Of a DNA stretch of 64,000 nucleotides, positions 18,487 through 29,186 are shown in pieces. Positions within the stretch are counted from its first letter, which is position 1. Each line of letters starts with the position of its first letter. A program made the position numbers and the translations under genes. Origin of the DNA: a virus (Duplodnaviria; Caudoviricetes); IMG/VR virus record IMGVR_UViG_3300042013_000103; one strand, 5' to 3'. Under the pieces are notes generated by a model. The model made no database searches. It saw only the letters and a program-made list of their open reading frames with translations, and was not told where the DNA came from.

Positions 18487-18657
18487 CTAGAAGCCGCGTA
18501 GGACGGCGGTGACAACCAGAGCAATCCCGAAGAACCACACCACCGATCGTACCGACAGGTAGTCTTGTTGTTGGGGCTTGGTTGGGCCTGAGTCTTGCGC
18601 TTTAAACGTGCCGTCAAACATGGACGACGCAGGACGATAAGGTTTGCGTGAAGTCAT
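18487..18657 (-). CDS. 56-aa C-terminally anchored membrane peptide (not in ORF track)
   Basis: MTSRKPYRP...SVVWFFGIALVVTAVLRGF; RBS AGGA. Confidence 0.65.
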   Translation of the reverse strand: MTSRKPYRPASSMFDGTFKAQDSGPTKPQQQDYLSVRSVVWFFGIALVVTAVLRGF

Positions 18658-18748
18658 TGGAATGTCCTATTGAGGGTATAAAACTTCCCCGAAGGGAAGT
18701 TTAAGGGCTTAGGGCAAATAGCTTACATCAAGGTTAATTATGCACCTG

Positions 18749-18760
18749 TGTAATATAGTC
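18749..18760 (-). promoter_or_regulatory. Putative early promoter (TTTAAAT)GACTATATTACA
   Basis: Exact motif at the boundary of the structural and accessory blocks. Confidence 0.75.
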
Positions 18761-18762
18761 AT

Positions 18763-19191
18763 TTAAATCGTTGTAATGCAAGACAGCACAAATGCCTCCA
18801 CATCGCCTTGGGCGTTGTTAACGACTTGGATCGATTGGATCTGACTGGGCACTTGGGTCAACCCTAAGCGCAAGCTGTTGTACAGCATCCTGAAGTACGA
18901 GATGGAGTACGTGGGGTGGCAAGGGTAGGACACCAAGCGCATGTTCAAATGTTCGGCAAACAAGTTCCACACGATGTTGTCGCGCGATAACTGGAAGTTG
19001 TGCCAGTGGCGAACGTAGTCGGCGGCTAACCCAAACAGGTCAGCGAGTACGGCCGTATTCACGTCCATGGTGCCTTCCAGGCCACCGATGTAATTATACG
19101 ACCAGACGATGTCGACTGGTATTAAGACTCTGGTCATATGGCCATCCGGGTATAAAGCCCACCCCCTAAGGGGCGGGATTGGCAATTTCAT
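18763..19191 (-). CDS. Hypothetical protein
   Basis: 142-aa ORF overlapping the end of the upstream gene. Confidence 0.65.
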   Translation of the reverse strand: MKLPIPPLRGWALYPDGHMTRVLIPVDIVWSYNYIGGLEGTMDVNTAVLADLFGLAADYVRHWHNFQLSRDNIVWNLFAEHLNMRLVSYPCHPTYSISYFRMLYNSLRLGLTQVPSQIQSIQVVNNAQGDVEAFVLSCITTI

Positions 19192-20545
19192 TCACGACGT
19201 GACGGTTGATGAACACACCGAGGCGCACCTTGGAAGCCCAACGGTTCGCAGTTGCTCCAGGATTAGCTGCAAAACGCCATTCTTCTACACCTAATAAGAC
19301 ACCGTAGTAAGTTTCCACCGAATCGTTGCTCACCGTCTGGTATTTGACCGGCATTCCGGGGTACAACAGGTTGCTATCCCCATGGGTCCATTCGATGGTC
19401 AACATCTGGCCTTTCTTACGGGCCAGGTCGGAATACTCCTTGAACGGGTTGGACGTGGCCCGCTTTTCACCCCAGCGGAAGTTGTTCACCCCCGACGCCA
19501 GTTTCTCCGTGACAAACTCCGCCACGTTGGTGGCTCGGTCGATCAGCATCTTGCCGTCTTTCACCAACCCGAAGTCCGTGAGAATCCGGTTAGAGTCCAA
19601 GAACCGGGTGGCGTTGCCTTTGGTGAGCGAGTCCCCGAGGCTAGGGTCATTCAGCGAAGCCGACCCCGTGCACAACACGGTCACGTTCATGGCGTCGACT
19701 TTGTAGGTCTTTTCACCGCCCCCATAGCGATCGTTGGGGACGTTGATCACCGATAGCGTCCGGGCATTCTTCCGGTAACGTTCCGTGTCATACAGCGGGT
19801 AGATGTAGAGGATCTGGTCTTGGATGTAGCGTCCACACCCGGTGGCGTACAACCCACCGCCTTTCTCGTGCACCAAAAACGGAATGTCCTTGAACGGCGT
19901 CCCGTGGGGAATGGGCATCTGGAGTTTCACCGTTTGGTTAAACCCGGGTACGATGTCCAGCCCCAAGATCCGGGCCGAGTTCTTCGTCCCCATGGCGCCG
20001 ATGAGCTTGGTGAGTTCCGCGACCACGATGTCCATGCCCGTCATCTGCCGGTAGTTGTCCCCACCTTGGATCATCATTGCCCGGTACACGCATTCGTCAA
20101 TGAGCTGAATGGTCACGTACGTCAGCCCCGAGGCCTGGTCCATGGCTTCACGGGTTTGCATTTGGGAGTGCTTGCCCGCAATGGTGGCGTCATCGATGTT
20201 ACCCAAGATGGCCCGGTAACGCCGGGTGAAGCTGGGCAGGTCCGGCACGGGAATGGCGGTGCCGGGTTGCAGGTACGTTTCCGTCATGTCCAGCTGCAGG
20301 TTGTCTCGGTTGGCCAACAGGTCGAACACGTACGTACCACGGGTGACGGAGATTTCAACAAAACGCATGTCTCCGTACTGGGAATCCGCGTACTGCCGCA
20401 ACACGTTGGTCTGTTCAATCCGAATGGGCTTGATCCACGTTTTCCCCGCCAGGATGTTCACGTCCAGTTGGATGGTAGCGTCACCTTTGCCGTTATTGAC
20501 AATCTCGGTCACTTCTTTCATTAACAGCGTATTGTCAACCGACAT
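19166..20545 (-). CDS. Virion structural protein (positional phiKZ gp101-like)
   Basis: ATG 20545 with RBS GGAGG; conserved-block position. Confidence 0.75.
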   Translation of the reverse strand: MSVDNTLLMKEVTEIVNNGKGDATIQLDVNILAGKTWIKPIRIEQTNVLRQYADSQYGDMRFVEISVTRGTYVFDLLANRDNLQLDMTETYLQPGTAIPVPDLPSFTRRYRAILGNIDDATIAGKHSQMQTREAMDQASGLTYVTIQLIDECVYRAMMIQGGDNYRQMTGMDIVVAELTKLIGAMGTKNSARILGLDIVPGFNQTVKLQMPIPHGTPFKDIPFLVHEKGGGLYATGCGRYIQDQILYIYPLYDTERYRKNARTLSVINVPNDRYGGGEKTYKVDAMNVTVLCTGSASLNDPSLGDSLTKGNATRFLDSNRILTDFGLVKDGKMLIDRATNVAEFVTEKLASGVNNFRWGEKRATSNPFKEYSDLARKKGQMLTIEWTHGDSNLLYPGMPVKYQTVSNDSVETYYGVLLGVEEWRFAANPGATANRWASKVRLGVFINRHVVNEIANPAP

Positions 20546-20547
20546 GG

Positions 20548-21132
20548 TCAGTCCTCCAGGACGTATTTCTCGATCTTGTCCACGATGGACTCGTAGGGTT
20601 TCAATACCCCTCGAGCATCCAGCGCACGATCGGCGATCCATTTGTTAGTGGCGCCCAAGTTCCGGCGACGGTTCATTCCCAGCAAGCGGTCCATCAGGGC
20701 AGAACGGTCATCCGCCATGGGCATGATCGCTTTCACCGTGGAGTAGACCTCCACCGCCAAACACTCCAACAACCGGAAGTCATCCAGGGGAGGGAATTGC
20801 CGCGGGTCGGTACCGTAGTAGGTTTGTTCCAGCCAGTCTTGGAAGTGTTTTTGGATATCGTGGTACATTTGCAGTGAATCGCCGTGCTTCACCAGACTAA
20901 ACGGGTGACCTTCCGCATACAGGATGGCCAAGCCCGCTACAGTCTGCCACACGCGCTCCATGGGGTTTACCCGTGCACGGTCCAGGGTGCGGTCGCCCGA
21001 CACCCCCACGCCGTTCTGAGCCACGTACTTGGCCGAGACCATCGCCAGCTCCGGCAGGTACACTTCGTAACGGAAGTTCCACAACCGGAAGGCTGCGGAC
21101 TTCGTCAGGTTAGGACTAAATTCCTTTGACAT
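20548..21132 (-). CDS. Conserved hypothetical protein (gp100-like position)
   Basis: 194 aa, between structural genes. Confidence 0.75.
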   Translation of the reverse strand: MSKEFSPNLTKSAAFRLWNFRYEVYLPELAMVSAKYVAQNGVGVSGDRTLDRARVNPMERVWQTVAGLAILYAEGHPFSLVKHGDSLQMYHDIQKHFQDWLEQTYYGTDPRQFPPLDDFRLLECLAVEVYSTVKAIMPMADDRSALMDRLLGMNRRRNLGATNKWIADRALDARGVLKPYESIVDKIEKYVLED

Positions 21133-22543
21133 TGATCTTCGCCCCTTGAGCGTACGCCAGCATGGCCAACAGCACCGGGTGGAAATAGAACCGTTCCAGG
21201 TTATCCCAGTCGAAGCACTTGACCAACACGGCTTTGAATTGATCCAGGTTTAAAGCTTCCCGGTTGATCATCTGGTGCGTGAGCATTTCCAGTTTGGACT
21301 GCAGCTTGGCGTCACAACGGTAGAACGCTTCCGAGAACACGTAATGGGTGTCACGGGTCACCGGGTGGATGTCCGCCGGGACGCGCCACGCGTCGTAATC
21401 ATCCGCGACCTCCGGGGCAATGCGCTGGAACCACAACAGGTCCCGTTGCAGTTGCGTGCGGTACTTCGCCTCTGGACGGCGCGGACGGCCTTCGTGGAAC
21501 GGGATGCCCCATGGACGGAACCGGTCTTCGAGGTCGTACTGGGCGTCCACGTCGGTCGGCGCGTCAATCGGGAACACCATGCGTTCGATGCCCGTGTAGC
21601 CAATCGCTTGCAGTTCCGGTTTCCACCGGGAGATTTTGGTTGCGGCCAAGAAAGCCCGTTCGGTCGAATCATAGGCCCGTGACGGGTCGTGACGCACGAT
21701 GGCGTCCCAGATTGTGGGTTGGAGCATAACGGACTCTGACTGGACGTTCAGGGCCTTTACACGGCGGATACGGCCGTCTTGGGCAGAACCGATCATCTGG
21801 ATCATGGCCTTGGTCACAAAATGGTCATAGGTCTTCCACAATTGATCCGGCACCAAGAACGTCGAGTGTTCCACCGAGAAGAAATCGTTGAAGTACCGAC
21901 GGACCATCTCGCTGTAGATCTTGCTGTACGACTCCAGGTCCGCCTGCCCTTCCCCCGACACAAACGGACCACAGCCGTTTTGCATGCTCGACGCCGAGAA
22001 GTACAGCGTCTCCATGGTTTTACGGTCCAGGTCGTCTTGCCAGGTTTTGTCCAGTTCCCGGACCATCTTCCATTCAATCGCGTAGGTCGAGTTCTTCAAG
22101 AACGTTTCCCGGCGACGCTCGGTGATGGTGAACAACCCGGCCTTGCCGTCACCGATGTTACCGATGAACATGTCCCCTTTGTTGGGGGTCACGAACGGGT
22201 ACATGTGGCCCGCACCGGTGACGGAGAACGTGTCGGTGATCTGCGTCTGGGAAATCTCCAACGCCCGGTTCACCTTCAGTGGCAGTTTCTTGATCAACCG
22301 GTACTGTTGGTACTCCGGGGTTCGCTCGATGTTCTGCGTGGTGGGTTCCACCGTCGGCCCCAGCACCTGACTGTAGTAGTCGATGGTCCAGTTCGAGCCG
22401 TTGATCCACATGCCCACCGCGGAGTTGGGTTGGTACCGGGTGTCGATCGTGATCCCCGCGTACTCGGCCGGTTGGTGTTTGATTTGGATCGGGTCATCGC
22501 GTTCCGGGATAACGGGGGTTTCAATTTCGTCAAAGAGTGCCAT
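21116..22543 (-). CDS. Virion structural protein (gp99-like position)
   Basis: 475 aa; FVTPNKGDMFIGNIGDG motif; RBS AAGGA. Confidence 0.75.
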   Translation of the reverse strand: MALFDEIETPVIPERDDPIQIKHQPAEYAGITIDTRYQPNSAVGMWINGSNWTIDYYSQVLGPTVEPTTQNIERTPEYQQYRLIKKLPLKVNRALEISQTQITDTFSVTGAGHMYPFVTPNKGDMFIGNIGDGKAGLFTITERRRETFLKNSTYAIEWKMVRELDKTWQDDLDRKTMETLYFSASSMQNGCGPFVSGEGQADLESYSKIYSEMVRRYFNDFFSVEHSTFLVPDQLWKTYDHFVTKAMIQMIGSAQDGRIRRVKALNVQSESVMLQPTIWDAIVRHDPSRAYDSTERAFLAATKISRWKPELQAIGYTGIERMVFPIDAPTDVDAQYDLEDRFRPWGIPFHEGRPRRPEAKYRTQLQRDLLWFQRIAPEVADDYDAWRVPADIHPVTRDTHYVFSEAFYRCDAKLQSKLEMLTHQMINREALNLDQFKAVLVKCFDWDNLERFYFHPVLLAMLAYAQGAKINVKGI

Positions 22544-22546
22544 GGT

Positions 22547-24166
22547 TTATTCCTTTCTTACGGCGATGATTTCACCGAACAAAACAGTCATCGGACCAAC
22601 CCGATCCTTAGTCACTTGGTTACCCACAGTGGCGTCTTCGTCTTGGCGAGCATCGGTGATGTCGGACCACTTCAGAATCCCCCGGTCAATCGTGGGACAC
22701 TGGGCCGTGTACTCGGACGTGCCTTCCCCCGGACAGTCCAACGATGGACGGCGAGGTGCACCTGCCCCAAGCAAATCCACTTCCGCCAACGGCCGTTTGC
22801 CAATCCCCACCCCGAACAGCTTAAAGAGGGTCCAGGTCATGGTGGGGTAGCGCCGCAAGCACTGCCAGGTCTCATTGGCCACGGAGAACCAGTTGCGGTT
22901 GATCGAGGCTTGAATGTGGTACACGTAACGCGGGTCCAACGGTTCCTTGGAACGCAGGATCAACGTGCCGGGAACAAACTCCAGCTGGGTCCGGGTCCAC
23001 TCGTCCCCACGGTACAGCCGGAACTCGAACAACCCATTCGGCCCAATCGCTCGGTCACCCACTTGGGACAGGTACTCGAGGAAATAGCAACGGAAGGTGT
23101 ACTTGCCCATTTTCGTGAGGTCGAGCAAATGTTCCGGGTTGGGGCAGCTCAACGACAGCAACCCCGAGAAGAATGTAAAGCGTTCTCGGGGAATGTCTTG
23201 GGTGACCCAGTCATCGGTGTCCGGGTGGGAGATGTACGGGATGTACCCTTGTTGCATCAGCACGAAGGAATAGTCAAAAGCTTCCCGCATCTTGGTCACC
23301 CGCCGCAACACGTCATGGTAGGTGGAGTACGGGACGGTCGGGCGGAACTTACGGCCGATGGGACGCTGGTGCATGACCATCGGGTACAGGCAATGCAAAT
23401 GCGTCGGCCGTTCATAACGCAGGAAGTAACTCACCCGGGCCATATACCGACCGGTGTTGTCATCGGACGGCATCGGCTTGTCCGGGGTGGAGGTAAAGTC
23501 AAACCACCCCACCAGGTCATACTGGTGTTCCAACACGGTCAAGCGGGGGTGAGTGCCCCACAGCGTGGTGAGTTCCGTCATGGGGGCTTTCCAGTTCTCG
23601 GTGACCCACTCCTGGTAGGTCAGTTCCGACGGGAACTCGGACGCCTGCATGGTCTCGTAGAGGTTCGCCAGCAAGGCCAACGCCCCATCGGGCACGGCGT
23701 AACTGTACTGGGCGTCTAAGGTGAGCTCAGCCCCGCCGCGAGAGATCCGAATCCGTTGCTCGTCCAACCACCGGGTGGCCACCACGATCCCAGACGCTTG
23801 GTATTCGACATCAATCCGCACGTCCACAAAGCGCCGCACGGGACGGAAAGCAATCCCCCGCATCTTGTCTTCGAAGATCGGAAAGTTCTGCTTGTTGTTG
23901 ACGGAGGTCGTGAGGGTGAACTGTTCGTCCGCCACCTCATCATACTCCACCAAGATGCGTTCTTCAGGGTCATAGCGAACCCCTGACGCGCAGCAGTTAC
24001 CGAACTCCCCGCCGTTCATGGGGATGGACTTTTCATTGCCAGGGATCAGTACCGCCGTGTTCTCCGGCAGTTGCATGACACGGGAAATTTGCGCCACGAT
24101 ATCAACCATGACTTTGCGTGTGACGGACTCATACACGTCCGGTAGGGGGATTAAGGCATGGGACAT
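22547..24166 (-). CDS. Virion structural protein (gp98-like position)
   Basis: 539 aa; late TATG motif upstream. Confidence 0.75.
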   Translation of the reverse strand: MSHALIPLPDVYESVTRKVMVDIVAQISRVMQLPENTAVLIPGNEKSIPMNGGEFGNCCASGVRYDPEERILVEYDEVADEQFTLTTSVNNKQNFPIFEDKMRGIAFRPVRRFVDVRIDVEYQASGIVVATRWLDEQRIRISRGGAELTLDAQYSYAVPDGALALLANLYETMQASEFPSELTYQEWVTENWKAPMTELTTLWGTHPRLTVLEHQYDLVGWFDFTSTPDKPMPSDDNTGRYMARVSYFLRYERPTHLHCLYPMVMHQRPIGRKFRPTVPYSTYHDVLRRVTKMREAFDYSFVLMQQGYIPYISHPDTDDWVTQDIPRERFTFFSGLLSLSCPNPEHLLDLTKMGKYTFRCYFLEYLSQVGDRAIGPNGLFEFRLYRGDEWTRTQLEFVPGTLILRSKEPLDPRYVYHIQASINRNWFSVANETWQCLRRYPTMTWTLFKLFGVGIGKRPLAEVDLLGAGAPRRPSLDCPGEGTSEYTAQCPTIDRGILKWSDITDARQDEDATVGNQVTKDRVGPMTVLFGEIIAVRKE

Positions 24167-24188
24167 GTCAAGTACCTTGGTTGTTTAA

Positions 24189-24200
24189 GGAATCATAAGA
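24189..24200 (-). promoter_or_regulatory. Putative late promoter (TCTTATGATTCC)
   Basis: TATG core is the phiKZ late consensus; identical 12-mer at 42589-42600. Confidence 0.55.
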
Positions 24201-24212
24201 TCTGGCCACGGT

Positions 24213-24249
24213 GTCATAAAAGCCCACCCTTGGGGGGTGGGCCTTATGC
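24213..24249 (-). terminator. Hairpin terminator
   Basis: GCCCACCC-ttgg-GGGGTGGGC flanked by GTCATAAAA/CTTATGC. Confidence 0.75.
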
Positions 24250-24255
24250 TGTTAC

Positions 24256-26010
24256 TTAGAGCGCACGGCGAACCGTGGCAATCAACGCTTCAGCCATGTC
24301 CAGGGCATGACCTGCCGTGAACTGGTAAACCGCGATGTGTTGTTTGGTGATCACCGGCAACGAACCCATCAACGAATCGAGTTCCTTACCTTCGCTCCAG
24401 CTGGTTGGGGCCGAGGTGCTGCGACCACTACTGTCCATGCCAATGGCGCGCGTTTTGGCGTACTTGTTGGCGGTCAGGGTTTCCACGGCTTTGATGCCCG
24501 AGGTCTTGGCGATGGCTTGCGCGATCCCCGTGTAGACCTTGGCCAGCTTCAGCAGGTTCTCCAGATCGGCTTTGGTCAAGGAAGCCGCTTTGATGCGCTC
24601 TACCTTCTCGCGTTTGACCGAAGGGATGGCGGTGGCCATGAAGCCTTTGATCATCGAACGGTTATCCGTACCGGCACCGTCTTTGACTTCACCCGCCACG
24701 AGTTTCCAACCACCCGCCAGTTCGCCTTTGAATGCACCTTGCGGCCACGACGGCGACGCAGGTTTCACTTGGGCCAGTTTGGCAATGATCGGACCGACCT
24801 TGCCCACGCCGCCGGTGGCGACGGCTTCGTTCAACACACCCACCAGCTCGGTCTGCAGACGCTCATTCGCCTTCAGGCCTTTGGTGGCCATCTCGGTGGT
24901 GAGTTGCAGGTCGCGTTGCACGCCACGCAGCAGGTTACCGCCTGTCGACGACAGTTCCGCGGGAATGCCCGAGACTTCTATCGGACCGGCCGCGCTGAGG
25001 GCACCCAGTTTCTGACCAGCCACGTCAGCGTTCTTGTTCGCCGAGGCCGCACGGGATTCGATCTTACGAACCAACCCGCCGCGTTTCCACATCTCGATGA
25101 TGCCATTGCCCAAACGGCCTTGCAGGTCACGGATGCGTTTCAGGAAGCCTTGGAACGATTCCATTGCCGCGGTGTAGTATTCGCCCAGGTTTTCTTCGCC
25201 GAACGCTTCCAGGGAAGGGATCGTTGGGGAGAATTCCTTGCTGAACGCCGTCTGCAAATCTTGCAGGTGTTCTTGGGCCAGGACGATGGTCTGCGGGGAA
25301 TACTGGCCGCGTTGGATGCCTTGGTCCAGCACCACCATGAACTTCTCGATGGCCGCTTCTTCCGATTGCAGATCAGCAATGGTGGCTTCGCCATCCACGA
25401 TTGCGTTTTCTTCCGCTTCAACTTCGGCTTCCACGTCCACCTGTTCGGCTTCCGCATCGGCCACGTCGTCGTCAGTGGTGTCGTCCGACAGTTCTTCCAC
25501 GTCGAAGTCCATGCTGTCGTCATCGCCATCGACTGGGGTTTCGTCAGCCGGTGGGGTCTCTTCGACGGGAGGTGTTTCCTCCACTGGTGGCATTTCTTCC
25601 GTAACCGGTTCAGCCGGGACGTCGACTTCTGCGGGTGGCACTTCCGGTTCAACCGGGGCAGCGCCTTCCGTGCCAGCAGGAGGCACCGCATCCAAATCGC
25701 CGCCCACGGCAGCAGCATCGGTAGGGCCTTCGTTCAACGCGCCTTCAAGCGGCACTTCGGCCACGGGAGTAGCGGCGGCGTCGATGGCGTTCATCAGCTC
25801 ACCGGTTTCTGGTGCGCTGTCATGTGCCAAGGGAGCGTCAGTCGTGTCGACGGTTACGGCCGGTGCACCAGCAGTATCGCCCACAGCGCCTTCGGTGACG
25901 GTGTCCGATTGGTTTTCCAGAACGCTCGGCTCGATTGGCGCAGCGCCTTCATCAGCCACTTCACCAAACTCTTCCAGAGCGCCCTTGTAACGACTCAGAT
26001 TCTTTAACAT
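24256..26010 (-). CDS. Internal head protein (gp93-97 paralog family) with long acidic propeptide
   Basis: ~250-aa E/D/P/A/V-rich N-terminus, PVEETP repeats, SLE motif (IPSLEAF). Confidence 0.85.
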   Translation of the reverse strand: MLKNLSRYKGALEEFGEVADEGAAPIEPSVLENQSDTVTEGAVGDTAGAPAVTVDTTDAPLAHDSAPETGELMNAIDAAATPVAEVPLEGALNEGPTDAAAVGGDLDAVPPAGTEGAAPVEPEVPPAEVDVPAEPVTEEMPPVEETPPVEETPPADETPVDGDDDSMDFDVEELSDDTTDDDVADAEAEQVDVEAEVEAEENAIVDGEATIADLQSEEAAIEKFMVVLDQGIQRGQYSPQTIVLAQEHLQDLQTAFSKEFSPTIPSLEAFGEENLGEYYTAAMESFQGFLKRIRDLQGRLGNGIIEMWKRGGLVRKIESRAASANKNADVAGQKLGALSAAGPIEVSGIPAELSSTGGNLLRGVQRDLQLTTEMATKGLKANERLQTELVGVLNEAVATGGVGKVGPIIAKLAQVKPASPSWPQGAFKGELAGGWKLVAGEVKDGAGTDNRSMIKGFMATAIPSVKREKVERIKAASLTKADLENLLKLAKVYTGIAQAIAKTSGIKAVETLTANKYAKTRAIGMDSSGRSTSAPTSWSEGKELDSLMGSLPVITKQHIAVYQFTAGHALDMAEALIATVRRAL

Positions 26011-26085
26011 GTCGGTTTACCTTACTGTACAGTAATTGGGCCAGGACAATCATCCTTAGCCTGGCCATGTGCGTATTTCAAATGA

Positions 26086-27360
26086 TTAGGTAATATTGCC
26101 TTCGCATACGTTCAACAGCGCTTTCATGTTACGGCAGGTCAAGGTGAACAACTCCAGGTACGGTGAGGTCAACCACCCCACGTAGGTTTCGATCAACGAC
26201 ACCATCTGCCGGTAGTCGTCTTCCGTATGCTGGTGTTCATGGTCCAAGCGATTACGGATCTTCTGCATGCAACCGCGCATGGCTTCCAACCGTTGGTGCC
26301 GTTCATTGGAAAACAACGTCCCCACGGACTGTTCCAGGATCTCCCCCGTCTCGCGGATGGTGTTCATCAGCTGGTCATGGGTGGGCATGGAGAAGCGGGT
26401 GTACTCGATGACCTCGGGGATCACGTAATGGGTCGTCCGGGATTCTTCCATCGCAATGCGAATGCTGCGCACGCCTTCAAACGGGTCATCCACCGGGCCG
26501 TATTCCACTTTGATGTAACGGTTCCCCAACAACGGCACCGAGGACGTGCCGTCTTGGTCATTGCGCCAGCCGCGTTGCCCGTACAGTGACGTAGGGGCCG
26601 CTTGCAGTAACAGCTGAGCAATGGCGTCCCGAGGGGCGTCCGCTGCCACCAGTCGTGTAATCCCCGCCGCTGCCGCCGAGGTGGACCGGTCAATGGTGGT
26701 GTAATAGCTTTTAACCACGTCCCGCAGGTTACGGGAGGCCACCAACAACCCCAGGGAATCCGAGACTGGACGTCCGCGTACGATCAGGTTCCCCAAGCGA
26801 GTCTTGACCTGGAACGTGGGGCTGGTGGATTTTCGGTTCTCCCGACGGGCCTGCTCGTAGAGCTCCATGTGCCGGTCCATGATGTTGTCCAGCACCAGCT
26901 TCGAGGCCACCATGTTCTCAGTGAACTTGGCAAACAACCGACGGCACCATTCGATCAACTTGTCCAGGATCTCTTTCAGCGTGTCGCCAAAGCCTTCCAG
27001 CGACAGCATCGGGTGGGTGATGTTGTAGTACTCAGCCCGAAGGCGTTGGTAGTCTTCCAAGGCACCCATCAAAGCCAAGATCTCGTCATCGTCCCCGGAA
27101 CCCTCCAGCAACTTGGCCACGGCAGCCGGGGTGTTCTCTTCGCCCACCACACCGTCTGTGGCCAAGGCCCTTTTACGCTCGGCTTCCAGCACCAACTGTG
27201 CGGAGGGCGAGGTGGGGGTTAACGGCACGCCCAGGCGTTGGCGTTCGGTCCATTCGGCGTCGGTTTCTTGTTCGGCTGCTGCCAGCATGGCTCGCCCTTC
27301 AGGAGTCTCCCCCCGACGTTCAGCTAAGTTCGCCAAACGTTGTTTAATATCAATAGCCAT
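26086..27360 (-). CDS. Internal head protein (gp96-like)
   Basis: ALEDY and SLEGFGD processing-type motifs; position in the block. Confidence 0.8.
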   Translation of the reverse strand: MAIDIKQRLANLAERRGETPEGRAMLAAAEQETDAEWTERQRLGVPLTPTSPSAQLVLEAERKRALATDGVVGEENTPAAVAKLLEGSGDDDEILALMGALEDYQRLRAEYYNITHPMLSLEGFGDTLKEILDKLIEWCRRLFAKFTENMVASKLVLDNIMDRHMELYEQARRENRKSTSPTFQVKTRLGNLIVRGRPVSDSLGLLVASRNLRDVVKSYYTTIDRSTSAAAAGITRLVAADAPRDAIAQLLLQAAPTSLYGQRGWRNDQDGTSSVPLLGNRYIKVEYGPVDDPFEGVRSIRIAMEESRTTHYVIPEVIEYTRFSMPTHDQLMNTIRETGEILEQSVGTLFSNERHQRLEAMRGCMQKIRNRLDHEHQHTEDDYRQMVSLIETYVGWLTSPYLELFTLTCRNMKALLNVCEGNIT

Positions 27361-27413
27361 TTACCCGCTCCTGACATAAGACGAGCCGCCGAAGCGACCC
27401 GTCCTAGGTTTAG

Positions 27414-29186
27414 TTATGCCTTCTCGGCGTTTGCCGCCTGAGAGGCGCGTGCTTTGGCCACCAACTCAGAGCTGGAAAGAGCCTTCTCGCTGCTGGTCAG
27501 TTCTTGGTTAGCCACTGCCACGTAAGCGCTCACGCCCTTGACGCAGTAAGCAACGATTTCTTTGTTACCCGGAGTGGCCTTACGGATGGCTTGGTACGCC
27601 GCGTTGATCACCTTGCCGGCTTCACGTTTGCTGGCTTCGTCGAGGTTACCGTTCTTGTCCAATTGCTCGGACTTGAGCATCAACTTCATAACGGCACTGA
27701 TCACCACGTTGCCGGCGTCTTCCAGTTTGTCCTGGTTGCCGCGCAGCTTCTTCAGGTCATCCAGCACCGCACCCAGCTTGTCCAGAGTCTTGACGACCTG
27801 GGCACTTGGACGCGGGGTGATAGTCAGGCTGTCCGGATTCGCTTTCGCGCCTTCGGCATCGCCCATGGTCCAGCTGTGGCCGTCGGCTTTCGGCAGGGCG
27901 GTTTTGTTGTTCAACAGCACCATGTGTTCTTCCCACAGGTGGTCGATCGGACCGGCTTTGCTTTCCACCAGTTCGATAAACGACGCCGAGTCACCCGACG
28001 CGATGTTGTACGCACCGACCGCGGTGGCGATTTCCTGGTAGTACTTGGCCACCTGAGCAGGGTAGATCTCAGCCGCAAACTTGGCCACGGCGGTCAGTTG
28101 AGCGGTTTCTGGGTACACCTGCTGACCATCGGCACACAGCCAACCTGGAGCGCTGACTTCAAACGGCTTGTTGCCAGTATTGCCGCGGTTGGCAATGTCC
28201 TTGGCCATTTTGATCTTGACTTCAGCAGCCGTAATGCCTTGCAGCATTTCAGCGACCTTGGCCTTGGCAGCTTCCCACAATTTCGCCAGCCACTCTTTGA
28301 AGGTGTTCATCGCCGCCTTGGAGGTTTCGATGATGTCTTCCAGAGATACCACGGCTTTGCGCAGGGCCATGCGTGGGGTGGCGTCGTACGCTTCGAGACC
28401 CGTGGTCACGTTCTCCATGCGCAGACGGCGCTTGCAGTTGGTCAGGGCAATGTGCAGAACGGCAGCCGATTGACCGCTCAGGCCATCGAGGCCCGCTTGG
28501 CGTACCAAGTGCGTGTAGGCTTCCAGGGATTCCTGAACGTCTTCCACGTTGTCGAGTTCGGCGTCTGCCATTTGCTCGTCTTCGGAGATGCCGTCGTCAG
28601 AACCGTCCAGACCTTCCAAGATGTCGGTTGGGTGTTCAACGATGTCAACCGACACGGTTTCGTCAGTCGGAGCAGCAGGTGGTACAGATTCGCCCACGCC
28701 AGCAGTGTCGTCGCCAATGGCGGCCACTACTTGGTCCGCGGCAGGAATGCCATCGCCCACGGCGACTTCGGTCACACCGTCAATCGCCAGACCACCAACC
28801 GGTTCACCACCGACCACTTCACCCGGAACTGCAGCAACCGGTGCGTCGGTGCCTTCAACGGGTGGGGTTTCAACTACCGGCTCGGTGCCGATGTCGCCAG
28901 TAGGTTCAACCGGCAATTCGCCTTCGACCGGAGGGGTTTCCTCCACAGGGGCGGCAGGGGCTTCTTCACCCGTAACAGGGACGGCGTCGACGGGAGCTTC
29001 GCCTTCTACAGGCGGCACAGCGTCCACCGGGGCGTCTTCGGTGATGGCCGGGACTTCAGCGGTTGCTTCCACGACCGGTTGGGCTTCGCCCGCGGCCGGT
29101 TCTGGCTTTACGCCTTCAACGTCGTCCAGAGGCTTTTCTTCAAAGTCTTCCAGCGCTTGACGGTATTTCTGGAGATTCATCAACAT
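27414..29186 (-). CDS. Internal head protein (gp95-like) with acidic propeptide
   Basis: Acidic Pro/Val N-terminus; SLEAY, GLEAY, SLEDII motifs. Confidence 0.85.
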   Translation of the reverse strand: MLMNLQKYRQALEDFEEKPLDDVEGVKPEPAAGEAQPVVEATAEVPAITEDAPVDAVPPVEGEAPVDAVPVTGEEAPAAPVEETPPVEGELPVEPTGDIGTEPVVETPPVEGTDAPVAAVPGEVVGGEPVGGLAIDGVTEVAVGDGIPAADQVVAAIGDDTAGVGESVPPAAPTDETVSVDIVEHPTDILEGLDGSDDGISEDEQMADAELDNVEDVQESLEAYTHLVRQAGLDGLSGQSAAVLHIALTNCKRRLRMENVTTGLEAYDATPRMALRKAVVSLEDIIETSKAAMNTFKEWLAKLWEAAKAKVAEMLQGITAAEVKIKMAKDIANRGNTGNKPFEVSAPGWLCADGQQVYPETAQLTAVAKFAAEIYPAQVAKYYQEIATAVGAYNIASGDSASFIELVESKAGPIDHLWEEHMVLLNNKTALPKADGHSWTMGDAEGAKANPDSLTITPRPSAQVVKTLDKLGAVLDDLKKLRGNQDKLEDAGNVVISAVMKLMLKSEQLDKNGNLDEASKREAGKVINAAYQAIRKATPGNKEIVAYCVKGVSAYVAVANQELTSSEKALSSSELVAKARASQAANAEKA

